This document shows, one piece after another, positions 46,070 to 55,384 of a stretch of DNA of 64,000 nucleotides; position 1 is the stretch's first letter; the number at the start of each line of letters is the position of its first letter. The position numbers and the translations under genes were made by a program. The DNA is from an uncultured Bacteroidales bacterium (GTDB lineage Bacteria > Bacteroidota > Bacteroidia > Bacteroidales > FEN-979). The notes below the pieces were generated by a model. That model made no database searches and had not been told where the DNA came from. It worked only from the letters and a program-made list of their open reading frames with translations. The stretch spans positions 1,176-65,175 of the forward strand of contig CAIWMX010000009.1 of the NCBI GenBank assembly GCA_903913885.1, in the 5' to 3' direction.

Positions 46070-48388
46070 TTAGAAACCAAAGCTTAAGCCAAGACTTGGC
46101 ATCAGGGGCATCTGGTCGACCCGGGTGTATGAAACGCGGTCGAAATAGAAGATGTTCTGCTGATTCAGGGCATTGGTAACGCTTGCGCTGATTTCGAGTT
46201 TGGATGTTTTGCCCAGGAAGAAGGTTTTCTTCAGGTTAAGGTCGAGACGGCTGTAGTATGGGAGCCTGCCCTTGTCATAATCGCCGTAGAGAATTCCCAG
46301 GTTGCCGTTGGCAGTCGTGTAATTTGTTCCCATGTTCTCAAAATTGATCTGTTCATAGAATCCCTGGGTTTGCGTGAATGGGAAGCCCGAACCGAAATTA
46401 TACCTGACATCGAATTCCCAGCCCAGTTTCTTGCCCCAGTTGAAGGTCGACACTACGTTCAGGTTATGCCTGCGGTCGTAAGGCGGGACATAGGTTGAAA
46501 CGCCATCGCTGCGGTGGATGAATCCAAAGGAATAGGTGATCCAGAAATGAACCTTTTTCCAGTCATATTTAACCGAAAAGTCAACTCCTTCAGCATCCCC
46601 GGTTTCATAAACATAATCTTTCTTGAAATAATCGGGAACTTCGGAATTTGCCGGCGTGTCGTCGAATAACTTATTCCGGTTGAGGCTGTAAAGCTGGGGA
46701 TAGTACTTGTAATATCCTTCGATGTTAACAGAAAGATTTTGACGCAGGTCCCATTCAAAGCCAAAAACGCCCTGTGTACAGCGTTGGTAATGGGTGCTGA
46801 TCTTTTTGCCTTCGAAGGTGGTCGGGAGGTTGGTCGGACTGGTGATGAACCCGTAAAAGAGGTTGACCACATCCTTGTCGTAGGTGGTGCTCAGCAGGTT
46901 CTGGGAATACATGCCACCGGCCATTTTCAGGCGGAAATTCTTGGCAAGATTATATTTGATGGCCAGCCTGGGCTCAAGCGATGCTTCAGAGAGTGAGCCA
47001 TAGTACTGCAGCCTGAGGCCCGGTTCGATGATAAACTGACCCGGCATCCATTTGTACTTGATGAAAAGCGATGCCTCTGTCGAATTCTGCGGGTCGCCGC
47101 CGATTTTACGGTTAACGCTGTTGACCATTTCAAGCGTTGTTTTGTATCCCGAGAGTTCAAGTCCGTATTTCAGGGCATCGCGGCCGAAGAAATAGGTGAA
47201 ATTCAGGCCCCCGTTGAATCCGGCAATGGAGCTTGACCTGGGTGACTGGTTCGTTACCGCCATGACGATGTCATAGTAGGAATAGGCGAAGTTTCCTTCG
47301 ATAAGTACCGGGCTTTTCCCCGGGATAGCCAGGAAATTAAGCCCTCCCCCGTAAGCCTGCCAGTTGTAATCATTGAGAACAGAATAGTGAACCTTGTCGG
47401 TGAAGTCAAACCCGAAAATATTCACCTTGCTGCCATTTGGCGCATTGATGGCGATTTTGCCGTAAATATCCAGGTAGTTGTAAGGAAGTCCGTTTTTATC
47501 GATATAGCTGTAAAATATCTTGCTTGACTGCTGGAGATATGAATTTTTTACCGAAAGCAGGAAGGTCGCGCTGGCGTCATCATCGTTTTTTTGTTTGTGG
47601 ATGGGCCCTTCGAGCAAGGCTTTGGCGCCAAAGGTACTCACATCGAATTTGCCGGCCAGCCTGTTTTTGTTACCGTCGCGGGTGGTCACATCCATTACCG
47701 AAGAGAGCCTGCCTCCATATTCTGCGCCGAATCCGCCGGTATAAACATCCACGTTTTTAAGGATATCCACATCAAAAACAGAGAAGAGCCCGATGGAGTG
47801 GAACGGGTTATAGATGATCATCCCGTCGTAAAGCACCTTGTTTTGTATGGGGGGGCCGCCGCGGATATATAACTGTCCGCCCTGGTCGCCCGAAAAGATA
47901 ACCCCCGGAAGGATCTGCAGGTATTGGGCCAGGTCAGGCTGCCCGCCAATGGTAGGGATAGACTGGATTTCTTTCGGGGTGATCTTGATGATGCTTGTCT
48001 GGGTCTCCCTGATCTTATCCTGCCGGGCGGCTGAAATGTTGATCTCTTCAAGCTGAACCGTGGATTTGGTAAGATAAAGCTTCTTGCTCACCAGTTCATT
48101 GGCCTTGATGGTGATGGGCATTTTCAGTGTATCAAAGCCGACATAGGTGACCATCAGGAAATACTGGCCCGGCGGGATCTTTGTGATGGCAAAATAACCA
48201 TTGGCATCGGTGGGCGCGCCAATGGAGGTTTTATAAAGATAAACGTTGGTGAACAGCACGGGTTCCCCGGTTTCCTGCTCATATACAAATCCGCGGATGG
48301 AGCCGTTCTGGGCGAAGGTTTCATCGTGCAGGAGCAAGAAGGCAATGACGAGTAGAAAATATACCGGGACAACATTGTATAGCTTCAT
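46070..48388 (-). CDS. TonB-dependent receptor with N-terminal carboxypeptidase-regulatory-like domain
   Basis: 772 aa. Signal peptide, GSIRGFVYEQETGEPVLFTNVYL (CarboxypepD_reg), plug region (GGQPDLAQYLQILPGV), beta-barrel and terminal Phe. Confidence 0.85.
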   Translation of the reverse strand: MKLYNVVPVYFLLVIAFLLLHDETFAQNGSIRGFVYEQETGEPVLFTNVYLYKTSIGAPTDANGYFAITKIPPGQYFLMVTYVGFDTLKMPITIKANELVSKKLYLTKSTVQLEEINISAARQDKIRETQTSIIKITPKEIQSIPTIGGQPDLAQYLQILPGVIFSGDQGGQLYIRGGPPIQNKVLYDGMIIYNPFHSIGLFSVFDVDILKNVDVYTGGFGAEYGGRLSSVMDVTTRDGNKNRLAGKFDVSTFGAKALLEGPIHKQKNDDDASATFLLSVKNSYLQQSSKIFYSYIDKNGLPYNYLDIYGKIAINAPNGSKVNIFGFDFTDKVHYSVLNDYNWQAYGGGLNFLAIPGKSPVLIEGNFAYSYYDIVMAVTNQSPRSSSIAGFNGGLNFTYFFGRDALKYGLELSGYKTTLEMVNSVNRKIGGDPQNSTEASLFIKYKWMPGQFIIEPGLRLQYYGSLSEASLEPRLAIKYNLAKNFRLKMAGGMYSQNLLSTTYDKDVVNLFYGFITSPTNLPTTFEGKKISTHYQRCTQGVFGFEWDLRQNLSVNIEGYYKYYPQLYSLNRNKLFDDTPANSEVPDYFKKDYVYETGDAEGVDFSVKYDWKKVHFWITYSFGFIHRSDGVSTYVPPYDRRHNLNVVSTFNWGKKLGWEFDVRYNFGSGFPFTQTQGFYEQINFENMGTNYTTANGNLGILYGDYDKGRLPYYSRLDLNLKKTFFLGKTSKLEISASVTNALNQQNIFYFDRVSYTRVDQMPLMPSLGLSFGF

Positions 48389-48495
48389 GGGGCAGGTTGA
48401 TAGAATTGATTTGAACCAACAAAATTAGTCAATTTGATCGAGTAAAAAAAGTAAAATCAGCTTGCCTGATATATAGGAGATTAGGAAAATATGCT

Positions 48496-48503
48496 TATTT
48501 TTG
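48496..48503 (+). promoter_or_regulatory. Bacteroidota -7 promoter box (TAnnTTTG)
   Basis: TATTTTTG lies 31 nt upstream of the iorA ATG. Confidence 0.4.
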
Positions 48504-48533
48504 TCCAAATTCAACTACCACTGAAACTACGCT

Positions 48534-50141
48534 ATGCAGAAGCTATTGTTATTGGGAGACGAAGCAATTGCACAGGGAGCCCTTGACTCAGGCCTCTCCG
48601 GCATTTATGCTTACCCGGGGACTCCTTCCACTGAAATTACTGAATTTATACAGAACTCAACCTTTGCGCATGAGAACCATATTCATTCAAGCTGGTCGGC
48701 CAATGAAAAAACGGCCATGGAGTCGGCTTTAGGGATGTCGTATGCCGGGAAGCGCACCATGGTATGCATGAAACATGTAGGGTTGAATGTTGCAGCCGAC
48801 CCGTTTATCAATTCAGCCATAACAGGGGCCAACGGGGGGATTATTGTCGTTTCTGCCGACGACCCATCGATGCACTCTTCACAGAACGAACAGGATTCAC
48901 GCTTCTTCGGGAGGTTCGCCCTGGTGCCGATCCTTGAACCCAGCCACCAGCAGGAAGCCTATGACATGGTTTGCTATGGATTCGATTTCTCCGAGAAATT
49001 TAAGATACCTGTCCTGATGCGTATCACTACACGTCTTGCACATTCACGTTCGGGTGTGGAAAGGCGTAAGGACGTCAGGAAACAAAATGACCTGAAAATG
49101 CCGACCGATCTGCGGCAGTTCGTATTGCTCCCGAACCTTGCCAGGAAACGGTACAAGAACCTGCTAAAGGACCATAGTGCATTTGTCGCGGAATCGGATT
49201 TGTCACCCTTCAACAAGTACATCGACGGAGCCGATAAATCGAAGGGGATCATCGTGTGCGGCATCGCCTATAATTATCTCCTCGAAAATTACCCTGACCG
49301 CGTAGTACCGCACCCGGTACTCAAAATCGGGCAGTATCCTCTGCCACGCACCCTCGTTGAAAAAATGGCCGATGAATGTGATGAAATCCTGGTGATTGAA
49401 GAAGGTGCGCCGATGGTGGAAGAGTTGTTAAAAGGGTACCTCGGACGCGGAATCAAGGTTCATGGCAGGCTCGACGGAACCCTTCCCCGCGATGGCGAAC
49501 TAAACCCCAATCTCGTGGCCGTGGCACTTGGAAAACCCGACACCTATGGCTTGCCAGTTCCTGAACTCGTTGTAGGACGGCCTCCCTCGCTATGCAGCGG
49601 ATGCCCGCATATCGACTCCTATTATGCCTTGAGTGAAACGCTCAGTAATTTATCCAATGGCCGGGTATTTTCCGATATCGGATGTTATACCCTGGGTGCA
49701 CTGAAACCCTATGAAGCCATCAATTCATGCGTCGATATGGGAGCCTCTATCACCATGGCCAAAGGAGCAGCCGATGCCGGCCTGATTCCATCTGTAGCCG
49801 TGATTGGTGACTCCACCTTCACCCATTCGGGGATGACCGGCCTGCTGGATGCTGTAAACGACAAGTCACCTATCACTGTGATGATCCTTGATAATGGGAC
49901 CACGGCTATGACTGGCGGACAGGACTCCCAGGCATTTGGAAAGATTGAAGATATATGCAGGGGACTTGGCGTGGAGGAGGCCCATATCCGGATTTTAAAA
50001 CCACTGAAGAAGTACCATGACGAGAATGTGGCCATTATGAAGGAAGAACTAGCCTATAAGGGCGTCTCCGTGATCATTCCCCGCAGGGAATGCATCGTGG
50101 CCATTGATAAACGGATCAGGGAAAAATTCAGGAACAAGTAA
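48534..50141 (+). CDS. iorA: Indolepyruvate:ferredoxin oxidoreductase, alpha subunit (TPP-binding)
   Basis: 535 aa. LLLGDEAIAQGALD.G....YAYPGTPSTEI, SQNEQDSR, a CSGCPH cluster and the TPP motif GDSTFTHSGMTGL...N. Confidence 0.85.
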   Translation: MQKLLLLGDEAIAQGALDSGLSGIYAYPGTPSTEITEFIQNSTFAHENHIHSSWSANEKTAMESALGMSYAGKRTMVCMKHVGLNVAADPFINSAITGANGGIIVVSADDPSMHSSQNEQDSRFFGRFALVPILEPSHQQEAYDMVCYGFDFSEKFKIPVLMRITTRLAHSRSGVERRKDVRKQNDLKMPTDLRQFVLLPNLARKRYKNLLKDHSAFVAESDLSPFNKYIDGADKSKGIIVCGIAYNYLLENYPDRVVPHPVLKIGQYPLPRTLVEKMADECDEILVIEEGAPMVEELLKGYLGRGIKVHGRLDGTLPRDGELNPNLVAVALGKPDTYGLPVPELVVGRPPSLCSGCPHIDSYYALSETLSNLSNGRVFSDIGCYTLGALKPYEAINSCVDMGASITMAKGAADAGLIPSVAVIGDSTFTHSGMTGLLDAVNDKSPITVMILDNGTTAMTGGQDSQAFGKIEDICRGLGVEEAHIRILKPLKKYHDENVAIMKEELAYKGVSVIIPRRECIVAIDKRIREKFRNK

Positions 50142-50152
50142 ATTACTATCTG

Positions 50153-50734
50153 ATGAAGAAAGATATTATTCTGGCAGGTGTTGGTGGTCAGGGAATCATT
50201 TCCATAGCTGCCATCATAGGATACGCCGCACTCGGACAAGGCATGTACTTAAAACAATCGGAGGTGCACGGCATGAGCCAGCGGGGAGGCGACGTGATGT
50301 CGAATCTTCGTATTTCGCACAATGAAATAGCCTCCGATCTGATTCCGTTCGGGCAGGCCGACATGATCATTTCAATCGAGCCGCTCGAAGCACTCCGTTA
50401 TCTCCCATACCTCTCATCTGAAGGTTGGGTCATTACAAATACCAAACCTTTCAACAATATCCCCAATTATCCTGATCCCGTTCTGATCATGGAGGAAATT
50501 GGAAAGGTTCCTCATCACATTGCCCTGGATGCTGACGGCCTGGCAAAAGAGGCAGGCTCTACAAAAGCCGCCAATATCGTCATCCTTGGCGCCGCCTCGC
50601 CGTTCCTGGGCATGGCTTATGAGAAAATTGAGGATGCCATCAGGTTTACCTTCCGCAAGAAAGGTGACAAGGTGATAGACCTGAATTTAAATGCGTTGAA
50701 GGCAGGACGAGATTTTGCAACTAAAAATATGTAA
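50153..50734 (+). CDS. iorB: Indolepyruvate oxidoreductase, beta subunit
   Basis: 193 aa. ILAGVGGQGI....I...A.......K.SEVHGMSQRGG.V.S.LR is typical of IorB/gamma-type subunits. It starts 11 nt after iorA. Confidence 0.85.
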   Translation: MKKDIILAGVGGQGIISIAAIIGYAALGQGMYLKQSEVHGMSQRGGDVMSNLRISHNEIASDLIPFGQADMIISIEPLEALRYLPYLSSEGWVITNTKPFNNIPNYPDPVLIMEEIGKVPHHIALDADGLAKEAGSTKAANIVILGAASPFLGMAYEKIEDAIRFTFRKKGDKVIDLNLNALKAGRDFATKNM

Positions 50735-50743
50735 ATAATTTCG

Positions 50744-50751
50744 TACCTTTG
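50744..50751 (+). promoter_or_regulatory. Bacteroidota -7 promoter box (TAnnTTTG)
   Basis: TACCTTTG lies 31 nt upstream of ATG 50782. Confidence 0.4.
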
Positions 50752-50781
50752 CCCGCTTTAATTTTACAGAAACATACAAAA

Positions 50782-51972
50782 ATGAGGTTTTTACAGCGAA
50801 AATTAGCCCATTATACCGAGCCACAGAAAGTTGAAAAGATGGGGATCTATCCATTCTTCCGGATGATAGAATCGGACCAGGATACCGTGGTGACCATGAA
50901 TGGGAAAAAGGTGCTTATGTTTGGTTCAAACAGCTACCTTGGTTTGACGAATCACCCGAAAATCAAAGAAGCTGCCATAAAGGCAACCGAAAAATATGGT
51001 ACCGGCTGTGCCGGCTCCCGTTTTCTGAACGGCACCCTCGACATCCATATTGAACTTGAAACAAAACTTGCTGAATTTGTCGGTAAACAGGCTGCCCTGG
51101 TTTACAGCACCGGTTTCCAGGTCAACCTGGGGGTGATTCCGACAGTAACCGGACGCAACGATTATATACTGATCGATGAACTGGATCATGCATCCATCAT
51201 CGAAGCCACCCGTTTGTCGTTTGCCAAGGTGCTTAAATTCCGCCATAACGACATGCATTCCCTCGAATCCATCCTTAAGCGGTGTGAACCAAGCCGGATC
51301 AAACTGATCGTGGTCGACGGGGTTTTCAGCATGGACGGCGACATTGCCAACCTCGCGGAAATCGTCAGGCTCTCAGAAAAATATGAAGCGACCGTCATGG
51401 TGGATGATGCCCACTCCATTGGCGTTTTAGGCAAAAACGGTTCAGGAACAGCCAGTCACTTCGGCCTTACCGACAAAGTTGACCTGATCATGGGCACTTT
51501 TTCAAAATCTCTTGCAGCCCTTGGCGGATTTATTGCCAGCGATGCAGAAACGATCAATTATATCAAACATCATTCCCGCACGCTTATTTTCAGCGCTTCG
51601 GCAACCCCCGCTTCGGCTGCAGCAGTGCTTGCAGCCCTTGAGATCATCAAAAGCGAGCCCGAACGCATCGAACACCTATGGGATGTCACCCATTATGCCA
51701 TTGATAATTTCAGGAGACTCGGGTTCGACATCGGGAATACGGTCACGCCCATTATCCCGCTGTACATAAGGGATAATCTCAAAACCCTTACTATTACCCG
51801 CATGTTGCTGGATGAAGGCATTTTTGTTAACCCGGTGGTTTCTCCGGCAGTAAGCAAGGATGACACACTGATTCGCTTTTCTCTCATGGCAACCCATACC
51901 AGGGATCAGGTTGATATTGCCCTGGAAAAATTTGAAAAACTGGGGAAGAAACTCCATATCCTATCAAAATAA
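50782..51972 (+). CDS. Alpha-oxoamine synthase (serine palmitoyltransferase / cysteate-acyltransferase-like, PLP)
   Basis: 396 aa from ATG 50782. FGSNSYLGL, DELDHASII, MVDDAHS.G and PLP-lysine GTFSKSLA, the AONS/KBL/SPT family signature. Confidence 0.85.
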   Translation: MRFLQRKLAHYTEPQKVEKMGIYPFFRMIESDQDTVVTMNGKKVLMFGSNSYLGLTNHPKIKEAAIKATEKYGTGCAGSRFLNGTLDIHIELETKLAEFVGKQAALVYSTGFQVNLGVIPTVTGRNDYILIDELDHASIIEATRLSFAKVLKFRHNDMHSLESILKRCEPSRIKLIVVDGVFSMDGDIANLAEIVRLSEKYEATVMVDDAHSIGVLGKNGSGTASHFGLTDKVDLIMGTFSKSLAALGGFIASDAETINYIKHHSRTLIFSASATPASAAAVLAALEIIKSEPERIEHLWDVTHYAIDNFRRLGFDIGNTVTPIIPLYIRDNLKTLTITRMLLDEGIFVNPVVSPAVSKDDTLIRFSLMATHTRDQVDIALEKFEKLGKKLHILSK

Positions 51973-51977
51973 ACCTG

Positions 51978-53111
51978 ATGACAAATACCAGCCCGATTCG
52001 GATAGCAGAAATCAGCACAAAAAGGGATCTCAAGCGGTTCATCAATTTTCAGTACAAGCATTATAAAGGCAACCAGTTCTGGTGCCCGCCCATCAGGATG
52101 GACGAAATGAATACCTTGAGCAGGGCTAAAAACCCTGCTTTTGACTTCTGTGACGCGGGGTACTGGCTGGCGTACCGTGGTGATGAAATCGTTGGCAGGA
52201 TAGCCGGGATCATCAATCATAAAGCCAATGAACGCTGGAACGAGAAACTGGTGCGTTTTGGCTGGATCGAGTTTATCGACGACCCTGAAGTATCGCGCCT
52301 GCTGGTCGAAACAGTGGAAGATTGGGGACGTGCAAAGGGAATGAACGGCATTCATGGGCCGCTCGGGTTTTCCGACATGGATTATGAGGGGATGCTGATC
52401 AAGGGATTTGATGAACAGTCAACCCTTACCTCCATCTACAATTTTCCCTATTATGTTCAGCACATGGAACGGCTTGGCTTTGGAAAAGCAGCCGACTGGG
52501 TGCAGTATGAGTTTGAGATACCTCCATCTATCCCCGACAAGGTTGAGCGGATGTCGTTGCTTGTACAGGAGAAGTATAAACTGAAAATCGTCCAGGCAAA
52601 AAAGGCAAAGGATCTGCTGCCATATGCTCCCAAGATGTTCCTTACCCTGAATGCAGCCTTTAGTGATCTTTACGGCTACACGGCACTGTCTCAGAAGCAG
52701 ATGGACATGTATGTCAAATCTTATTTCGGATTTGTGCGGCCAGAATTTGTGACGTTTGTTGTTGATAAGGAGGATGACGTGGTAGGCTTTGGCGTTTCCA
52801 TGCCCTCCCTCACCAAAGCGTTGCGCAAATGCAACGGGAAGCTGTTCCCATTTGGTTTTCTCAATATTCTCCGGGCCATAAAAAAGAACGATGTCATCGA
52901 CATGTACCTGAACGGGGTGCGTCCCGATTATCATGGAAAAGGGGTGAATGCGCTCTATTATAATGAAATGCATCGCGCCTATATCAAATATGGAATTACA
53001 AAGGCCGTTACAAGTCCGCAACTTGAAGACAACGCCAAAGCCCTGACCATTTGGAAGAATTTCAATGGCAGGCAGCATTTGACGCGGAGATGCTGGATCA
53101 AGCATTTTTAA
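51978..53111 (+). CDS. GNAT-fold acyltransferase-like protein, paralog 1
   Basis: 377 aa. The C-terminal half carries a GNAT motif-A-like VRPDYHGKGVNAL. By eye roughly 60% identical to the 54194-55318 product. Confidence 0.6.
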   Translation: MTNTSPIRIAEISTKRDLKRFINFQYKHYKGNQFWCPPIRMDEMNTLSRAKNPAFDFCDAGYWLAYRGDEIVGRIAGIINHKANERWNEKLVRFGWIEFIDDPEVSRLLVETVEDWGRAKGMNGIHGPLGFSDMDYEGMLIKGFDEQSTLTSIYNFPYYVQHMERLGFGKAADWVQYEFEIPPSIPDKVERMSLLVQEKYKLKIVQAKKAKDLLPYAPKMFLTLNAAFSDLYGYTALSQKQMDMYVKSYFGFVRPEFVTFVVDKEDDVVGFGVSMPSLTKALRKCNGKLFPFGFLNILRAIKKNDVIDMYLNGVRPDYHGKGVNALYYNEMHRAYIKYGITKAVTSPQLEDNAKALTIWKNFNGRQHLTRRCWIKHF

Positions 53112-53183
53112 AGGTAGCCAGGTAGCGAGGTAGCGAAATTGCGAAATGGCGAGGTAGCGAAGTAGCGAAAAAGCGAGGTAGCG
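53112..53183. repeat. Tandem octamer array (AGGTAGCG)x9: 5 perfect, 1 single-mismatch and 3 A-rich variants
   Basis: aggtagcc aggtagcg aggtagcg aaattgcg aaatggcg aggtagcg aagtagcg aaaaagcg aggtagcg. It begins 1 nt after the stop at 53111 and ends 4 nt before the ATG at 53188. Confidence 0.97.
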
Positions 53184-53187
53184 AATA

Positions 53188-54192
53188 ATGGGAAACATCC
53201 TGATTACCGGTGCCAGCGGGTTTATTGGCAGTTTTCTCGTGGAGAAGGGGCTTGAAATGGGATTCCAGGTTTATGCAGGTATCCGCAGTTCAAGTTCCCG
53301 GAAATATCTGCAGGACCCGCGTATCTGTTTCGTGGAATTCGATTTTTCCACTACTGAAAAGGTCACGGAAACCCTTGAATCGTGCCGGAACAACAACATC
53401 TCCTTCCAGTATATCATTCATAATGCCGGGCTGACAAAAGCCAGGAAAAAAGAGGATTTTTACAGGGTCAACTGCCAGAACACGGTTCATTTTATTGAAG
53501 CGCTGATTCAGACCGGGATGGTGCCTGAGAAATTTCTCTTCGTCAGCAGCCTGGCCGCCTTTGGACCCGGCAATCCGGATTCCGGTCTGCCTGTCCGTCT
53601 TGCAGATGAACCCAAACCCATAGAACTCTACGGTAAAAGCAAACTGGAGGCTGAGCGGTACATTACCTCTCTTGAGAACTTTCCCTGGCTTATTGTCAGG
53701 CCTACGGGGGTCTATGGCCCGAAGGAAAAAGATTACTTCGTGTTTTTCCAAACCATAAACCGGGGGATGGAGCCATACATCGGCTTTAAGAAACAAATCC
53801 TGACCTTCATTTACGTACGCGATCTGGTGAGGTTTATATTTATTGCTCTGTCAGCACCACATACCCGCAAGGCCTATTTTGTTGCCGATGGCAGGGAATA
53901 CCCGTCTGAAATTTTCGCTCAGATCACCAAGAAAGTGCTGGGAAGGAAAACGATCAGGTTTACCGTTCCGCTGCCGGTTGTCAAAACCATTGCTACGGTT
54001 GGCGAGCGGCTGGCAGGATTGTGGGGAAGGACTCCTACCCTGAATACCGACAAATACAATGTTCTGAGCAGCACCAACTGGCGGTGTGAAACAGAACCCC
54101 TGCAACTTGATTTCGGATTTACCGCCGAATATGACCTTGAACGGGGCGTAACTGAAACGCTGGCCTGGTATAAAAAGGAAGGATGGCTTTAA
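53188..54192 (+). CDS. NAD-dependent epimerase/dehydratase-family SDR (candidate 3-keto-aminolipid reductase)
   Basis: 334 aa. ILITGASGFIGSFL Rossmann motif and YGKSK catalytic Tyr-x3-Lys. Confidence 0.8.
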   Translation: MGNILITGASGFIGSFLVEKGLEMGFQVYAGIRSSSSRKYLQDPRICFVEFDFSTTEKVTETLESCRNNNISFQYIIHNAGLTKARKKEDFYRVNCQNTVHFIEALIQTGMVPEKFLFVSSLAAFGPGNPDSGLPVRLADEPKPIELYGKSKLEAERYITSLENFPWLIVRPTGVYGPKEKDYFVFFQTINRGMEPYIGFKKQILTFIYVRDLVRFIFIALSAPHTRKAYFVADGREYPSEIFAQITKKVLGRKTIRFTVPLPVVKTIATVGERLAGLWGRTPTLNTDKYNVLSSTNWRCETEPLQLDFGFTAEYDLERGVTETLAWYKKEGWL

Positions 54193-54193
54193 T

Positions 54194-55318
54194 ATGAGTG
54201 AACTGGAGATTAGAAAGGTTTCAACACGCCGCGATCTGAACAGGTTCATAGATTTTCCTTTTCAACTATACAAGGGGAATGAATTCTGGGTGCCCCCCAT
54301 GATTTTCGATGAACTGAATACGCTCAGAAAGGACAAAAATCCTGCTTTTGAATATTGCGAAGCCGAATACTGGATTGCTTACCGCGACAACAAACCGGTT
54401 GGCAGAATTGCGGGTATCATTAATCATAAGGAATCTGAACGCTGGAACGAAAAACTGGTTCGTTTCGGATGGATCGATTTTATCGACGATGCGGATGTTT
54501 CCCGGATTTTAATTGAAACGGTAAAAGAGTGGGGGCGATCAAAGGGGATGACCAGCATTCACGGCCCCCTGGGATTTACCGACATGGACCCAGAAGGGAT
54601 GCTGACAGAGGGATATGACCAGATTTCCAGCCTGTCGGCGATTTACAATTATCCCTATTATGTGGATCACATGGAGAAGCTCGGTTTCCGCAAGGCAAGC
54701 GACTGGATCCAGTTTGAGATCACTATTCCCGATTCAATTCCCGACAAGGTTGAGCGCATGACCAGGATTGTACTTGAAAAATACAAGTTGCATCTTTTAA
54801 AACCGCGAAAAGCAAGTGAGATAAGACCGTATGCCGCAAAGATGTTTGCTATGTATAACAAGGCTTTTTATGATCTTTACGGGTTCACCGAGCTTACCAA
54901 AAGACAGATGGACAGTTATACGCAACAATATTTCGGTTTTATCCGTCCGGAGTTTGTTTCACTGATAATTGACAACCAGGATGACGTTGTGGGATTCGGG
55001 ATAACCATGCCATGCCTTGCAAAAGCGCTGCAAAAGGCGAAGGGACGGTTGTTTCCCTTTGGTTTCCTGCACATCTTACGGGCCATGAAATGGAACGACA
55101 CCATTCATATGTACCTGATCGGCGTAAGGCCTGATTACCAGGGCAAAGGAGTGTTGGCGCTTGTTTATCACGAGTTGAACAAGGCCTACATTGATGCAGG
55201 CATTAAACTTGCCCGTACGCATCCCCAGTTGGAGGAGAACTTTCGTGCCATCACCATATGGAAAAACTATGATGCCCGGGTAAATATCCGCCGCCGGTGC
55301 TGGATCAATGAGGTCTAA
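54194..55318 (+). CDS. GNAT-fold acyltransferase-like protein, paralog 2
   Basis: 374 aa. Co-linear with paralog 1 (KGNEFWVPP, GRIAGIINHKESERWNEKLVRFGWIDFIDD, VRPDYQGKGVLAL). It starts 1 nt after the SDR stop. Confidence 0.6.
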   Translation: MSELEIRKVSTRRDLNRFIDFPFQLYKGNEFWVPPMIFDELNTLRKDKNPAFEYCEAEYWIAYRDNKPVGRIAGIINHKESERWNEKLVRFGWIDFIDDADVSRILIETVKEWGRSKGMTSIHGPLGFTDMDPEGMLTEGYDQISSLSAIYNYPYYVDHMEKLGFRKASDWIQFEITIPDSIPDKVERMTRIVLEKYKLHLLKPRKASEIRPYAAKMFAMYNKAFYDLYGFTELTKRQMDSYTQQYFGFIRPEFVSLIIDNQDDVVGFGITMPCLAKALQKAKGRLFPFGFLHILRAMKWNDTIHMYLIGVRPDYQGKGVLALVYHELNKAYIDAGIKLARTHPQLEENFRAITIWKNYDARVNIRRRCWINEV

Positions 55319-55326
55319 AAAAAAAA

Positions 55327-55349
55327 GAAGCCACCTTTTGGGTGGCTTT
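55327..55349. terminator. Bidirectional rho-independent terminator
   Basis: aaaaaa-GAAGCCACC-ttttg-GGTGGCTTT-cttttt lies between the convergent stops at 55318 (+) and 55385 (-). Confidence 0.8.
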
Positions 55350-55384
55350 CTTTTTTAAGCAAAGTTCAAGATTGATTTCCGGAA

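Noticed and set aside
52419-53198. 259-aa minus-strand ORF beginning MFPIIRYLAFSLLRYLAISQFRYLA.
   Set aside because: The N-terminus is the translated octamer array, and the remainder is antisense to the well-supported GNAT-like gene at 51978-53111.
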